DNA from: Ruminococcus sp. UBA7477
GTDB lineage: Bacteria; Bacillota; Clostridia; Oscillospirales; Ruminococcaceae
Reading direction: 5' to 3'
Assembly (NCBI GenBank): GCA_002479715.1
Contig: DLOT01000045.1
Span: 1 to 36,945, forward strand
Length of the DNA stretch: 36,945 bases
Positions within the stretch are counted from its first letter, which is position 1. Each line of letters starts with the position of its first letter. The position numbers and the translations under genes are program-made. The notes beneath the pieces were generated by a model, which had not been told where the DNA came from, did not search any database, and was given only the letters and a program-made list of their open reading frames with translations. Positions 6,635-16,202 of the stretch are shown one piece after another.

Positions 6635-9600
6635 ATGAATATCAAACGGATTAAAAAAACGCTTGCCTGCTTTGTGTCGGCGCTTATTATAGCTTTAACG
6701 TGTGCTGATCTCCGCTATACTGCAGCCTCCGCCGATGAGGGACTGCGTATCGTTCGCATCCCCTACGGATACAACGACTTTCTGACAGTAGACAGTGACA
6801 ATAATGTCTCCGGGTTTTACGCGGACTATTTCGACAAGCTCGCGAAAATAAACGGCTGGAAATACGAATATGTCGAAACATCATGGTCTGAGGCTGTTGA
6901 TATGCTCGGCAGCGGCGAGATTGATCTGCTGTATCCAACCAACTACAGCAGTGAACGCGACGAGTTCATGGACTTCTCCTCCATCCCGACAGGTTATATT
7001 TCCGTCGGCATTTTTGCGCTTGAAAACAGCGACTACAGATATAATGACTATGCTTCATTCGACGGAGCCAGAATTGCCTATGTAGAAGAATCATCAAACT
7101 CCGAAGCCCTTGAAAACTTTTCAAAGATCCACGGCTTCACCTTTGAAACTGTCAACTGCTCAACAAATGTCGATATCATAGACTCGGTAAAGAGCGGAAA
7201 GGCTGACCTTGCGATATTCAACGCCGCCAGCATATTCCCCGGAGGACTGCTTGTTTCGGTCATGGACGCTCAGCCTGTATACCTTGCTGTCCGCGAGGGA
7301 AACGCAGAGCTTCTTGCTGAAATCAACAGCGGTATGCAGGAGATCATCAGAAACGACCCCGAGCTTGCCGCTTCGACCTTCCGCAAAACAGCCATCGGAG
7401 ACAGCGACGGCGCTTTTGCGTTGACCGCAGAGGAACGCAGGATAATCGACTCTGGCGAGGAGATCTCCGTCGGCTTTTATGAAGAAAGTGAGCCGCTTGC
7501 CTATGTCAATGAGGACGGAAGCTACGACGGTATATATATAGAACTGCTTTCACGCATTAAAGAAAAATCCGGGCTTAATATTGTTCCCTATTCTATCAGC
7601 CGCGACAAGAACTGGAAAGATCTTATCAAAAGCGGTGAGATAGATTTCTATATAGCTGCATCGGATATAGCAATTTCTCAAGATGACGATATCTGTGTCA
7701 CCAACAGCTTCATGGAGTATGCCAACCTGCTTGTAACAAGAAACGACTGCGAATTCAATCAGATCGATGTTCCCGTCATTGCAATGACCTATGGCCGCTC
7801 CAACTGGACAAGCCATCTTGAGAAAATGCTTCATAAGCAAATCAAGGTGAAGTATTACAAGTCCGCAAAGGAATGTATGCTGGCAGTTGTAAACAGAGAA
7901 GCAGACGCTTCGCTGATAGACAACATGGAGTTCAACTATCAGATAAAAAACAACCGCATGACAGCTCTTATCACATGGCCTCAGTACCGATTTGCTACAA
8001 AAGTCTGTATGGCTGCCTCCTCCGACATCGACAGCGTTAAGCTCTCGACTGTAAATAAAGCTCTTAAATTAATAAATTCCGACGAAATGAACACCATTGC
8101 CGACGGATATCTTAACATAGCCTATCACTCCTTTACATTATCAGACCATATCTACAATTCCCGATTTTTGATAATCATTCTCGGACTGGGCGTTTTTATG
8201 GTTGTCATCGTTTTTATGGTTGTCATCGTTTTTGTAATACTGAAGGTATTTCACAAAAATCAGGAAAGGCTTCGCGAAACTGCGAGACAGCGGGAACATG
8301 ATCAGCTGCGTATTCTTGCAGCCCTCAGCGGAGATTATTCAGCGATCTATTACACGGACCTTGACAATGACAGCAGCGAGCTCATCCGTATCATGCCGGA
8401 AAGTGCGACCAGAGTCGTTAATGACACTGCTCATTCAATCATTTTAAGCAATTATATTGAAAACCGTGTTGCTGAGGATTACAGATCAATACTCAGGCCG
8501 CTGTGCGATCCTAAGGAGATTATAAAGAGATTTGAAAGAGAAAAGGTTTTCTTTGTTCGTTATCAGATAATACCTGATGACAGCGGAAGAAATTGCTTTG
8601 AAATGCATTTTGTTGATGCCAGCGAAAACGAACAGTCTCACAGAATGGTCTTTGGTGTACGCTGTATTGATGAGATCATCAACGCTGAGCAGAAACAGCG
8701 TCAGGCATTACAAGATGCCCTCGATAACGCAAACCTTGCAAATGCAGCCAAATCAGAATTTCTGTCAAGAATGTCACATGATATCCGGACCCCGATAAAT
8801 GCGGTTATCGGTATGACTCAGATAGCAGCGGCTCACTCAGATGAACCGGAGCGTGTTCTCGACGCACTGAATAAAATATCGTCTTCAAGCCGATATCTCC
8901 TGAGCCTGATAAACGATATTCTCGACATGAGCAAGATCGAAGCCGGCAAGATGAGTCTTACTGAAGAAAACATTGATCTCCCCGAGCTTCTTTCAGATCT
9001 TGTCGATATAATCCGACCGCAGATAAAACAGCATAACCATAAGCTTGAGATCAATACTCAGAATATCCGGCATAAGGCTGTGATCGGCGACAGTCTGAGG
9101 ATCCAGCAGGTGTTTGTCAACTTTATGAGCAATGCGATAAAATACACACCCGATGGCGGCGAGATCTCATTTACCGTTAACGAAAAAAGTGTAAAAACGC
9201 AGTCGGCAGGCTGTTATGAGTTTATCTTTAAAGATAACGGCGTCGGTATGAGCGCCGAATTCTGTAACCATATATTTGAGCCGTTCAGACGAGCCGAAGA
9301 CCTGAGAACAAGCAAGATTCAAGGTACCGGTCTCGGGCTACCGATCACCAAGAGTATTGTTCAGATGATGAACGGCAGCATCGAAATAGAAAGCGAACCG
9401 GGAAAGGGCTCAACCTTTACGGTGACTATTTTCCTCAAGTTTCAGCCAACCGACAGCGAAAACCCCGCCGAAGCCGCCAAGTCTCAAACTCCCGAGGCTG
9501 CGGATTATCCCGGCCGCAGAATACTTCTGGCGGAAGACAACCTGATAAACTGTGAGATCGCGAAAGAGCTTTTAGAGATGAGAAAGCTGACTGTTGATGT

Positions 9601-9889
9601 TGCGGAAAACGGCAAGATTGCAGTCGAGAGCTTTGCAAATTCAGAAAACGGCTATTACGATATGATATTAATGGACGTTCAGATGCCCGAAATGAACGGA
9701 TATGAAGCTACCCGCGAGATTAGAAAACTTGACCGAAGCGACGCTGCAAGCGTTCCGATAATTGCGGTGACAGCCAATGCTTTTGTCGAAGATATCAAAG
9801 CATCAATAGCTGCCGGAATGAACGAGCATCTTTCAAAGCCCATCGAGCAGGCAGAACTTATACGAATTTTGAATAAATATCTTGGATAG
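6635..9889 (+). CDS. hybrid sensor histidine kinase/response regulator with two extracytoplasmic solute-binding (SBP_bac_3-like) domains
   Basis: 1084 aa. Signal or TM segment, then two PBP-like repeats (...WSEAVDMLGSGEIDLLYP... and ...WKDLIKSGEIDFYIA...), then a TM segment. H-box SEFLSRMSHDIRTPINAVIGM. HATPase N/G boxes (FVNFMSNAIKYTP, DNGVGM, GTGLGL). Receiver domain LLAEDN...LMDVQMPEMNG...SKPI. Confidence 0.92.
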   Translation: MNIKRIKKTLACFVSALIIALTCADLRYTAASADEGLRIVRIPYGYNDFLTVDSDNNVSGFYADYFDKLAKINGWKYEYVETSWSEAVDMLGSGEIDLLYPTNYSSERDEFMDFSSIPTGYISVGIFALENSDYRYNDYASFDGARIAYVEESSNSEALENFSKIHGFTFETVNCSTNVDIIDSVKSGKADLAIFNAASIFPGGLLVSVMDAQPVYLAVREGNAELLAEINSGMQEIIRNDPELAASTFRKTAIGDSDGAFALTAEERRIIDSGEEISVGFYEESEPLAYVNEDGSYDGIYIELLSRIKEKSGLNIVPYSISRDKNWKDLIKSGEIDFYIAASDIAISQDDDICVTNSFMEYANLLVTRNDCEFNQIDVPVIAMTYGRSNWTSHLEKMLHKQIKVKYYKSAKECMLAVVNREADASLIDNMEFNYQIKNNRMTALITWPQYRFATKVCMAASSDIDSVKLSTVNKALKLINSDEMNTIADGYLNIAYHSFTLSDHIYNSRFLIIILGLGVFMVVIVFMVVIVFVILKVFHKNQERLRETARQREHDQLRILAALSGDYSAIYYTDLDNDSSELIRIMPESATRVVNDTAHSIILSNYIENRVAEDYRSILRPLCDPKEIIKRFEREKVFFVRYQIIPDDSGRNCFEMHFVDASENEQSHRMVFGVRCIDEIINAEQKQRQALQDALDNANLANAAKSEFLSRMSHDIRTPINAVIGMTQIAAAHSDEPERVLDALNKISSSSRYLLSLINDILDMSKIEAGKMSLTEENIDLPELLSDLVDIIRPQIKQHNHKLEINTQNIRHKAVIGDSLRIQQVFVNFMSNAIKYTPDGGEISFTVNEKSVKTQSAGCYEFIFKDNGVGMSAEFCNHIFEPFRRAEDLRTSKIQGTGLGLPITKSIVQMMNGSIEIESEPGKGSTFTVTIFLKFQPTDSENPAEAAKSQTPEAADYPGRRILLAEDNLINCEIAKELLEMRKLTVDVAENGKIAVESFANSENGYYDMILMDVQMPEMNGYEATREIRKLDRSDAASVPIIAVTANAFVEDIKASIAAGMNEHLSKPIEQAELIRILNKYLG
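8192..8233 (+). repeat. 18-bp perfect tandem duplication (plus partial third unit) inside the kinase TM segment
   Basis: GTTTTTATGGTTGTCATC occurs at 8192..8209 and 8210..8227, followed by GTTTTT. It is in frame and encodes VFMVVI-VFMVVI-VF. Confidence 0.9.
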
Positions 9890-9904
9890 AAAGGAACGAT
9901 CGTC

Positions 9905-11488
9905 ATGGCCAAATGGCTTGATAACGCAGTTTTCTATGAGATTTATCCCCAGTCCTTCAAGGACACCGACGCAGACGGAATAGGCAATATCAACGGAATT
10001 ACAGAAAAGCTCGACTATATCAGGGAGCTTGGCTGTAATGCGATCTGGATCAATCCCTGCTTCAAATCTCCTTTCGGCGATGCCGGCTATGATGTTGAGG
10101 ACTATCTGACAGTAGCACCGCGCTACGGCACAAACAAGGATCTGACGAACCTTTTCGCCGAGGCTCACAAAAGAAATATGCATGTAATACTCGACCTTGT
10201 TCCCGGCCACACCTCGGTAAAGCACGAGTGGTTCAAGCAGTCAATGAAGCCTGGAAAGAACGAATATACCGATCGCTACGTTTGGACAGACTGTATTTGG
10301 GTAGAGCCTGAAGGAATGAGCTGTATCAGGGGCATCTCCGACAGGGACGGCTGCTGCGCTGTAAACTTCTTCTCACACCAGCCCGCCCTGAACTATGGAT
10401 TTTATAAGCCCGACAAGCCTTGGCAGCAGCCAATGGACAGCGAGGGCGCGATAGCGACCCGTGAAGCAATGAAGGATGTTATGCGCTTCTGGCTCTCCCG
10501 CGGATGTGACGGCTTCCGAATTGACATGGCGGGATCTCTGGTGAAAAACGATCCCGAAGGTCTGGGCACTATTTCTCTTTGGCAGAATATCAGAGAGTTT
10601 CTGGACAAAGAGTTCCCCGACGCTGCTATAATCTCCGAATGGGGAGAGCCGGATAAGTCGCTGCGAGGCGGATTTCATATGGACTTTCTGCTTCATTTCG
10701 GCCCCTCGCACTATAACGACCTGTTCCGCTGCGACAAACCGTTTTTCTCCTCAAGCGAAGGCGGAAGCGCTGCGGAATTTGTCGCCAGATATAAGGAAAG
10801 CCGCGAAAGATCGGGCGGCAAAGGGCTTATCTGTATTCCGTCAGGCAACCACGATATGGACAGGCTTTCAAGACGCCTGAGTCCCGAGGAAATGAAAATC
10901 GCCTTCGGCTTTCTTCTTTCAATGCCCGGCGCGCCGTTTATCTACTACGGCGATGAGATAGGTATGAGATATGTCGAAAACCTCACATCCGTTGAAGGAG
11001 GATATAACCGAACAGGCTCACGCTCACCAATGCAGTGGGATAATTCTCAGAATGCGGGCTTCAGCAATGCGCCCTGCGACAGGCTTTATATCCCGCTTGA
11101 CCCCACAGCTGACAGACCAAACGTCCAAAACCAGATGTCAGATGATAACTCTCTGATAAACGAGGTCAAAAAGCTCATTGCGGTCAGAATGAATACTCCC
11201 CAACTGCAAAGCAACGGTGATATTGAGTTTATTGATCTGAACAATGACACCCTTTGCTATATCAGAAGCGGAGAGATCTTGGTGCTTATAAACCCAAAAT
11301 CCAAAGAGCAGATTATTGACCCCGACCACTCCGACGGCGGCAAGACAATATCAGAGAAAATGAAAGTCCCTGAAAGGAACTCAAACGGCGAGCTCGAAGA
11401 CTGCATATATTCATACGGCTGCAAAGCAGAGATCCGCAGCGAGGTTCTTGTCATTCCGCCGCGTTCCTGCGGATTTTACCGTATATGA
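9905..11488 (+). CDS. GH13 alpha-glucosidase / oligo-1,6-glucosidase-like alpha-amylase family enzyme
   Basis: 527 aa. FYEIYPQSFKDTDADGIGNINGI, the GH13 regions VILDLVPGHTS, GCDGFRIDMAG, ISEWGE and PSGNHDMDR. It starts 15 nt after the kinase stop. Confidence 0.9.
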   Translation: MAKWLDNAVFYEIYPQSFKDTDADGIGNINGITEKLDYIRELGCNAIWINPCFKSPFGDAGYDVEDYLTVAPRYGTNKDLTNLFAEAHKRNMHVILDLVPGHTSVKHEWFKQSMKPGKNEYTDRYVWTDCIWVEPEGMSCIRGISDRDGCCAVNFFSHQPALNYGFYKPDKPWQQPMDSEGAIATREAMKDVMRFWLSRGCDGFRIDMAGSLVKNDPEGLGTISLWQNIREFLDKEFPDAAIISEWGEPDKSLRGGFHMDFLLHFGPSHYNDLFRCDKPFFSSSEGGSAAEFVARYKESRERSGGKGLICIPSGNHDMDRLSRRLSPEEMKIAFGFLLSMPGAPFIYYGDEIGMRYVENLTSVEGGYNRTGSRSPMQWDNSQNAGFSNAPCDRLYIPLDPTADRPNVQNQMSDDNSLINEVKKLIAVRMNTPQLQSNGDIEFIDLNNDTLCYIRSGEILVLINPKSKEQIIDPDHSDGGKTISEKMKVPERNSNGELEDCIYSYGCKAEIRSEVLVIPPRSCGFYRI

Positions 11489-11580
11489 TAACAAACTGCT
11501 GACTTAACCCTAATTACCGCGTCATAAACAAAAGATTTCCGGAGGCACTCATTAAAAAGACTTCGCAGGAGGCTTCAGGG

Positions 11581-11609
11581 TTGAAATAAGTGGATTGATG
11601 TGTTATAAT
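11581..11609 (+). promoter_or_regulatory. sigma-A type promoter for the YdcF gene
   Basis: TTGAAA (11581..11586), 17 nt, TATAAT (11604..11609). Confidence 0.45.
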
Positions 11610-11641
11610 CAAACATATTGATCTCAAAGTGGAGGCGGCTT

Positions 11642-12247
11642 ATGATAAATCGCATTATTACTGATATTTCGGATTATATATTTGTATCTGATAAACCGCA
11701 AAAAGTTGATGCAATTTTCTTACCGGGCGGCTCTCACCCCGAACAACCAGAATATGCCGCAGAGTTGTATCACAAGGGTTTTGCAAAATGGCTTATTCCT
11801 TCAGGCGGTATAAGTATTAAGGCAGATAAATGGTACGGTGTTCGTTCCAAAGCAGCAATATACAACGGAGATTACAGTTCTGATTGCGAATTTTTTACAG
11901 ATGCTTTGATAAAAAACGGCATCCCGATAACTGCGATCATAGAAGAGAACCAAGCGCGGCATACCCGTGACAACGCATTTTTATCACGAGAAGCTGTTGA
12001 TAAAAGTGGTGTTGAGATAACAACAGCTATTATTGTTTGTAAAGCCTTCCATGCACGTCGCTGCTTGATGTTATATCAGATGGCATTCCCTAATGTAGAT
12101 ATCAAGGTTTGCCCTGTACATTGCTATAATATTACAAAAGAAAACTGGTATAAAACCGAAAAAGGAGTTGACCGGGTGCTTGGAGAACTTACACGTTGCG
12201 GTAATCAGTTTGTCGGAGATATAAAGAATTATCTTACTTTGATTTAA
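11642..12247 (+). CDS. YdcF/DUF218 (ElyC/SanA-like) family protein
   Basis: VDAIFLPGGSHPEQPEYAAELYHKGFAKWLIPSGG and HTRDNAFLS fit DUF218. I moved the start to the ATG at 11642 (GGAGGCG RBS). The track start at 11618 is a TTG. Confidence 0.8.
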   Translation: MINRIITDISDYIFVSDKPQKVDAIFLPGGSHPEQPEYAAELYHKGFAKWLIPSGGISIKADKWYGVRSKAAIYNGDYSSDCEFFTDALIKNGIPITAIIEENQARHTRDNAFLSREAVDKSGVEITTAIIVCKAFHARRCLMLYQMAFPNVDIKVCPVHCYNITKENWYKTEKGVDRVLGELTRCGNQFVGDIKNYLTLI

Positions 12248-12269
12248 TACTTTTGCTTTTACCTATGCG

Positions 12270-12300
12270 GTCCTTGGATAAACCCCAAGGACTGTTTTTT
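12270..12300 (+). terminator. intrinsic terminator after the YdcF gene
   Basis: GTCCTTGG-ATAAACC-CCAAGGAC, then TGTTTTTT. Confidence 0.7.
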
Positions 12301-12361
12301 ATCTGCGGAAAAATATCATGCACAAAAGTGCCGCTATCATTAAAAAATATCAGAAAGGCTA

Positions 12362-12411
12362 TTGACATATGTATATGTCGATGTTATAATTGTGTATATC
12401 AGATATATACA
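12362..12411 (+). promoter_or_regulatory. promoter with overlapping candidate GntR operators
   Basis: TTGACA (12362..12367), 17 nt, TATAAT (12385..12390). Inverted repeats ACATAT-GT-ATATGT (12366..12379) and TGTATAT-N5-ATATACA (12393..12411). Confidence 0.5.
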
Positions 12412-12448
12412 TTATACATTTTCAGATCTAAGCAACAGGGAGAACAAA

Positions 12449-12832
12449 ATGAACATAATTATAAGCAATTCTTCGGGCGAACCGATTTATGAGCAGATAT
12501 ATTCACAGATCAAATCCCAGATAATGACCGGCGAGCTGAAGGAGGGGGACGCCCTTCCGTCAATGCGCGCTCTTGCTATGGCTCTGCGGATAAGCGTTAT
12601 AACAACAAAGCGTGCCTATGAGGAGCTTGAACGTGACGGATTTATCGAATCCTTCACAGGCAAGGGCAGCTTTGTTAAGGCGCAGAACGCCGAAATGCTC
12701 AGGGAGGAACAGCTGCGCCAAACCGAGGAGCTTCTTTTGCAGGCGTGTGAAAAAGCGAGATCGTGCGGCATAACTCTCGAAGAAATGACAGAGATTCTTG
12801 AGATAATTTACGGAGGGAATGACAATGGTTGA
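12449..12832 (+). CDS. GntR family transcriptional regulator (YtrA-like subfamily)
   Basis: PIYEQIYSQIKSQIMTGELKEGDALPSMRALAMALRISVITTKRAYEELERDGFIESFTGKGSFV is a GntR wHTH with a short C-terminus. Start at the ATG at 12449 with an AGGGAG RBS. The track start at 12362 lies in the promoter. Confidence 0.88.
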   Translation: MNIIISNSSGEPIYEQIYSQIKSQIMTGELKEGDALPSMRALAMALRISVITTKRAYEELERDGFIESFTGKGSFVKAQNAEMLREEQLRQTEELLLQACEKARSCGITLEEMTEILEIIYGGNDNG

Positions 12833-13706
12833 TTTTGAAAATGCAATCGAAATACGCGGTCTTACTAAAAAATTTGACGGCTTCAGTATGGAAGATTTGA
12901 GCTTCTCAGTTCCAAAGGGCAGTATTATGGGCTTCATCGGACAAAATGGCGCAGGTAAAACGACGACCATCAAATCAATACTCAATATTATAAAAAAAGA
13001 CAGCGGAAGCATAAATCTGCTGGGTCTTGACAGTGTTGAAAACGAAACGGAGATCAAGCAGCGGATATCGGTCGTTCTCGACGAGCTGCCGTTTCATGAC
13101 GATTTCAATGCTATGAATATTCGGTATATTCTGAAAAACATATATCCGCAATGGGACGACACAGCCTATGAACGCTATCTTGACCGCTTCAATCTGCCGA
13201 GGAAAAAGAAGGTCGGTCAATTCTCAAAGGGCATGAAAATGAAGCTTCAGATCGCGTGCGCCCTTTCTCATAACGCCGAGCTTCTCATTATGGACGAAGC
13301 AACAACAGGTCTTGATCCGGTTGTCCGCAACGAGATCTTAGACATCTTTCTTGAGTACATACAGGACGAAAACCGCAGTATTCTTATGTCATCTCACATA
13401 ACCTCAGATCTTGAGCGGATCGCAGACTGCGTTACTTTTATTGACAATGGAAGGCTTCTGCTGACAGGCTATAAGGATGAGATCTTGGAAAGCCACGGCG
13501 TTATCAAATGCTCAAACGCCGACCTTGAAACTATTGACAGCTCGGATATAGTCAGCATCCGCCAAAGCGAATTCGGAACGGAGGCAATGATCTTTGACAA
13601 ACCCTCCTGCAAGCTGAAATATCCAAAGCTCGTTATAGATAACACTACTCTCGAAGAGATCATGCTGTTCTATGTTAACCGCAGCAAGGAGGAAAGAGCG
13701 AAATGA
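12819..13706 (+). CDS. ABC transporter ATP-binding protein
   Basis: Walker A GQNGAGKTTT, signature FSKGMKMKL, Walker B LLIMDEATTGLD. It overlaps the GntR gene by 14 nt. Confidence 0.9.
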   Translation: MTMVDFENAIEIRGLTKKFDGFSMEDLSFSVPKGSIMGFIGQNGAGKTTTIKSILNIIKKDSGSINLLGLDSVENETEIKQRISVVLDELPFHDDFNAMNIRYILKNIYPQWDDTAYERYLDRFNLPRKKKVGQFSKGMKMKLQIACALSHNAELLIMDEATTGLDPVVRNEILDIFLEYIQDENRSILMSSHITSDLERIADCVTFIDNGRLLLTGYKDEILESHGVIKCSNADLETIDSSDIVSIRQSEFGTEAMIFDKPSCKLKYPKLVIDNTTLEEIMLFYVNRSKEERAK

Positions 13707-14464
13707 AGGGTCTGATCTTCAAGGAACTTTATATCTCCCGAAAGGATAAGATCATGGGCATTCTGGTGTGGCTGGAGTTTCTGTTCGTCAGCTGCATCCT
13801 GCTTACAAGTGCGCGCTTCGGCAATCTGCAAAAACTATCTCCGGATAATGCCGAAGTGATCCAAAGCAAAGCGCCGATCCTCATTTATGCTCTCGGAGCA
13901 GTACTAATGATCTCACTGAGTACACTCGGAAAAACAATAGCCTCAGACTATAACTGCCGTTTCGGAAACTACATTCACTCCCTGCCTGTTTCGGCGGAGA
14001 AAATAACCGCAAGCAGATTTATCGTCATATTTTTTGCTGTTGCCGCCGGATTTCTTCTGTCACTGTTAAGCGGCGCGATTGTATGCGCAGCGGCGGATAT
14101 GGGATTTAAGCTCAGATTTATAAAATATCTGGCTGTTTGTGCGGGGATCGTTTTTGTAATAAGCTGTGCTTTTGTTCCGATGTATGAGAAGTACAAGACC
14201 ACCAACGCCGTTACCGCAAGAATCACCGCGTTTTTATGCGTCATCTACGTCGTATTTGCTGCTGTTATCTTTAATGAGGCTTTTGATTATTCCGCTGCAC
14301 ACCCTGACGCCGAAGATTCTTTATCTCCGATACTGAGTGAGTTTGGGTCATCCATAAAGCGATATATCGACAGGTTTGACTTTTTGCTGCCCATCATCAT
14401 GGTTCTGCTGCTCGGCTTGAGCTACTGCCTAAGCGTCAGAATTCTGAAAAGGAGGGAGAACTGA
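13703..14464 (+). CDS. ABC-2 type transporter membrane protein (hypothetical permease)
   Basis: 253 aa, polytopic and hydrophobic. ATGA overlap with the ATPase gene. Confidence 0.7.
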   Translation: MKGLIFKELYISRKDKIMGILVWLEFLFVSCILLTSARFGNLQKLSPDNAEVIQSKAPILIYALGAVLMISLSTLGKTIASDYNCRFGNYIHSLPVSAEKITASRFIVIFFAVAAGFLLSLLSGAIVCAAADMGFKLRFIKYLAVCAGIVFVISCAFVPMYEKYKTTNAVTARITAFLCVIYVVFAAVIFNEAFDYSAAHPDAEDSLSPILSEFGSSIKRYIDRFDFLLPIIMVLLLGLSYCLSVRILKRREN

Positions 14465-15189
14465 TGCGCGGACTTCTTTATAAAGAGTTTTGTCTTGGGA
14501 GAAAAAATCTGCTGGCCGTATTCGGTACAGAGTTGATATTTTCCATAACAATAGCTTTTCCGACCATTATGGACAAAGGCAAGGATATGAGCGCTGTTTT
14601 TAATATTCTGGGTTTTGCGGGCGTTGTTTTAATGTTTCTTATCATGATGATGTTCGTGCCGTCGATTTTTGATAATGACGAGCATAAAAAATGGGCATAT
14701 TTTATCTGCTCCTCACCGGAGGGGTGCAGGGGTCAGGTCGCCTCAAAATATCTGTTTGCCGTCATACTTTATATGATAGCTTTCGTCTGGGTCTATATCA
14801 TAAGCTCTGTTCAGACAGTTTTGACTGATGCGCCGAACTTCTCACTGATCGGGCTTTATATGATATGGATACTGATTATAATGCACTCCATTGAATTTCC
14901 GTTTATAACCCGCTTCGGCACCAAGCTTGGAAACAGCGTGAGAACTGTCATGTTCATGATGCTGGTCAATATCCTTTTAATTATCTTCGGCTTTGCGGAT
15001 ATCGAGGCAGTTCGTTCGCCAGAGGCATTCTTCAATTTCGTTGAAAAGCTTCTCGGAAAATCCGGGATGAGCAATCTGACCTCAATTTTTCTCGCTGTTC
15101 TTCCGTTTGCGGCAATTATCTGCTATCTAATCTCTTACCGCATTTCCTGCGCGCTTTACATAAAGGGGGCCGAAAGCTATGATAAATAA
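14464..15189 (+). CDS. ABC-2 type transporter membrane protein (second permease)
   Basis: 241 aa and polytopic. N-terminus MRGLLYKEF parallels MKGLIFKEL of the preceding gene. TGATG overlap. Confidence 0.7.
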   Translation: MRGLLYKEFCLGRKNLLAVFGTELIFSITIAFPTIMDKGKDMSAVFNILGFAGVVLMFLIMMMFVPSIFDNDEHKKWAYFICSSPEGCRGQVASKYLFAVILYMIAFVWVYIISSVQTVLTDAPNFSLIGLYMIWILIIMHSIEFPFITRFGTKLGNSVRTVMFMMLVNILLIIFGFADIEAVRSPEAFFNFVEKLLGKSGMSNLTSIFLAVLPFAAIICYLISYRISCALYIKGAESYDK

Positions 15190-16042
15190 ATCAGACAAAG
15201 CAACTGCTAAAAAGCTGTGCATATTCATTGCGCTTTCTCTGACGCTCAGCCTTCTGCCGGCACTCATCATCTATTTTACCGCAGGCTTTGAAAGCAAGGC
15301 AATGACTGTTTATTCTGTGCTGATGCCGTTTACCCCTGCGGCGTCTGCCATGCTCACACGCCTGATTTCCAAGGAGGGCATGGAGGATTCAATGCTCGTT
15401 CCCAAATTTTCCGGCAAGGGAAAATACTATATCCTCGCAGTGCTGCTGCCGGTTGTCTGTCTGATCCTTCAAATCGTCATTTTCTCGGCTGCATATATTG
15501 ACAGATTTGATCTTTCGCTGAGGATCAGATTTCTCGGGGTCACAAAACTCGGCTGGTTTTCAACGCTTTTTTATCAGATAGGTATTGGCTTGACCGCGTG
15601 CGTTTTAATGCTCGGCGAGGAGCTAGGCTGGCAGGATTACCTCTATCCGAAAATGCAAAGGGTATTCGGTAAGCCGATAACGCTTATCGCCGGCGGGATA
15701 GTCGTAGGTATATGGAACATACCGCTTGTTGTCAGCGGCCAGTATTTCGGCAACGTCAAGGATAAAGCGGCAGCAATCGTTCTTGCTGCCTTGATATGCA
15801 TATTGACCGAGGCAATATGTCAACAGCTGACCGAAAGCTCCGAATCGGTTATAACAGCGGCAATATTTCGCTCGGTAATTCACTTCTCATCTCCTGCATT
15901 CCTATCGCTTATCACTCTGGAGCAAAGGAAAATAACCGATCTTTTCAAATTCCATGCACCGCAGCTGGCGGCTTTGGCTTCCGTTGTTGTCTTCTGCATA
16001 GTATTTGTCGGAAGAAAAAACAAGCTTGCAAAGCAGGCATAA
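15179..16042 (+). CDS. CPBP (CAAX/Abi) family intramembrane protease-like protein
   Basis: 287 aa and polytopic. GEELGWQDYLYP resembles CPBP motif 1 (EExxxR, with R replaced by Q). FRSVIHF is a candidate second motif. AAGGGGG RBS. Confidence 0.6.
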   Translation: MINKSDKATAKKLCIFIALSLTLSLLPALIIYFTAGFESKAMTVYSVLMPFTPAASAMLTRLISKEGMEDSMLVPKFSGKGKYYILAVLLPVVCLILQIVIFSAAYIDRFDLSLRIRFLGVTKLGWFSTLFYQIGIGLTACVLMLGEELGWQDYLYPKMQRVFGKPITLIAGGIVVGIWNIPLVVSGQYFGNVKDKAAAIVLAALICILTEAICQQLTESSESVITAAIFRSVIHFSSPAFLSLITLEQRKITDLFKFHAPQLAALASVVVFCIVFVGRKNKLAKQA

Positions 16043-16062
16043 AACAAAAATGCGCAGACCTT

Positions 16063-16187
16063 AAGACAGGTACTCATAAAGAAGTTTTAGCCATAGCACT
16101 TATGATTTTCAGTCAAAAGTATTATGGCGTTTCTATTGACTTAATAGTTATTTGGTAGTATAATCCTAGTAAGAAAAATCAGAATTT
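16063..16187 (+). repeat. conserved 5' block, copy A (end repeat + hairpin + TTGACT-17-TATAAT promoter)
   Basis: I count 2 substitutions over 125 nt versus 24563..24687. Hairpin arms at 16090..16101 and 16117..16128. The -35 is at 16136..16141 and the -10 at 16159..16164. Confidence 0.9.
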
Positions 16188-16202
16188 TGAAGGAGAACTA
16201 TT

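Noticed and set aside
8192-8233. Direct repeats considered as a possible CRISPR or minisatellite array
   Set aside because: There are only 2.3 contiguous copies of 18 nt with no spacers, in frame inside a CDS. This is a simple slippage duplication.
12560-13057. 165-aa minus-strand ORF spanning the GntR/ABC junction
   Set aside because: It is antisense to two well-supported genes and has no motifs.
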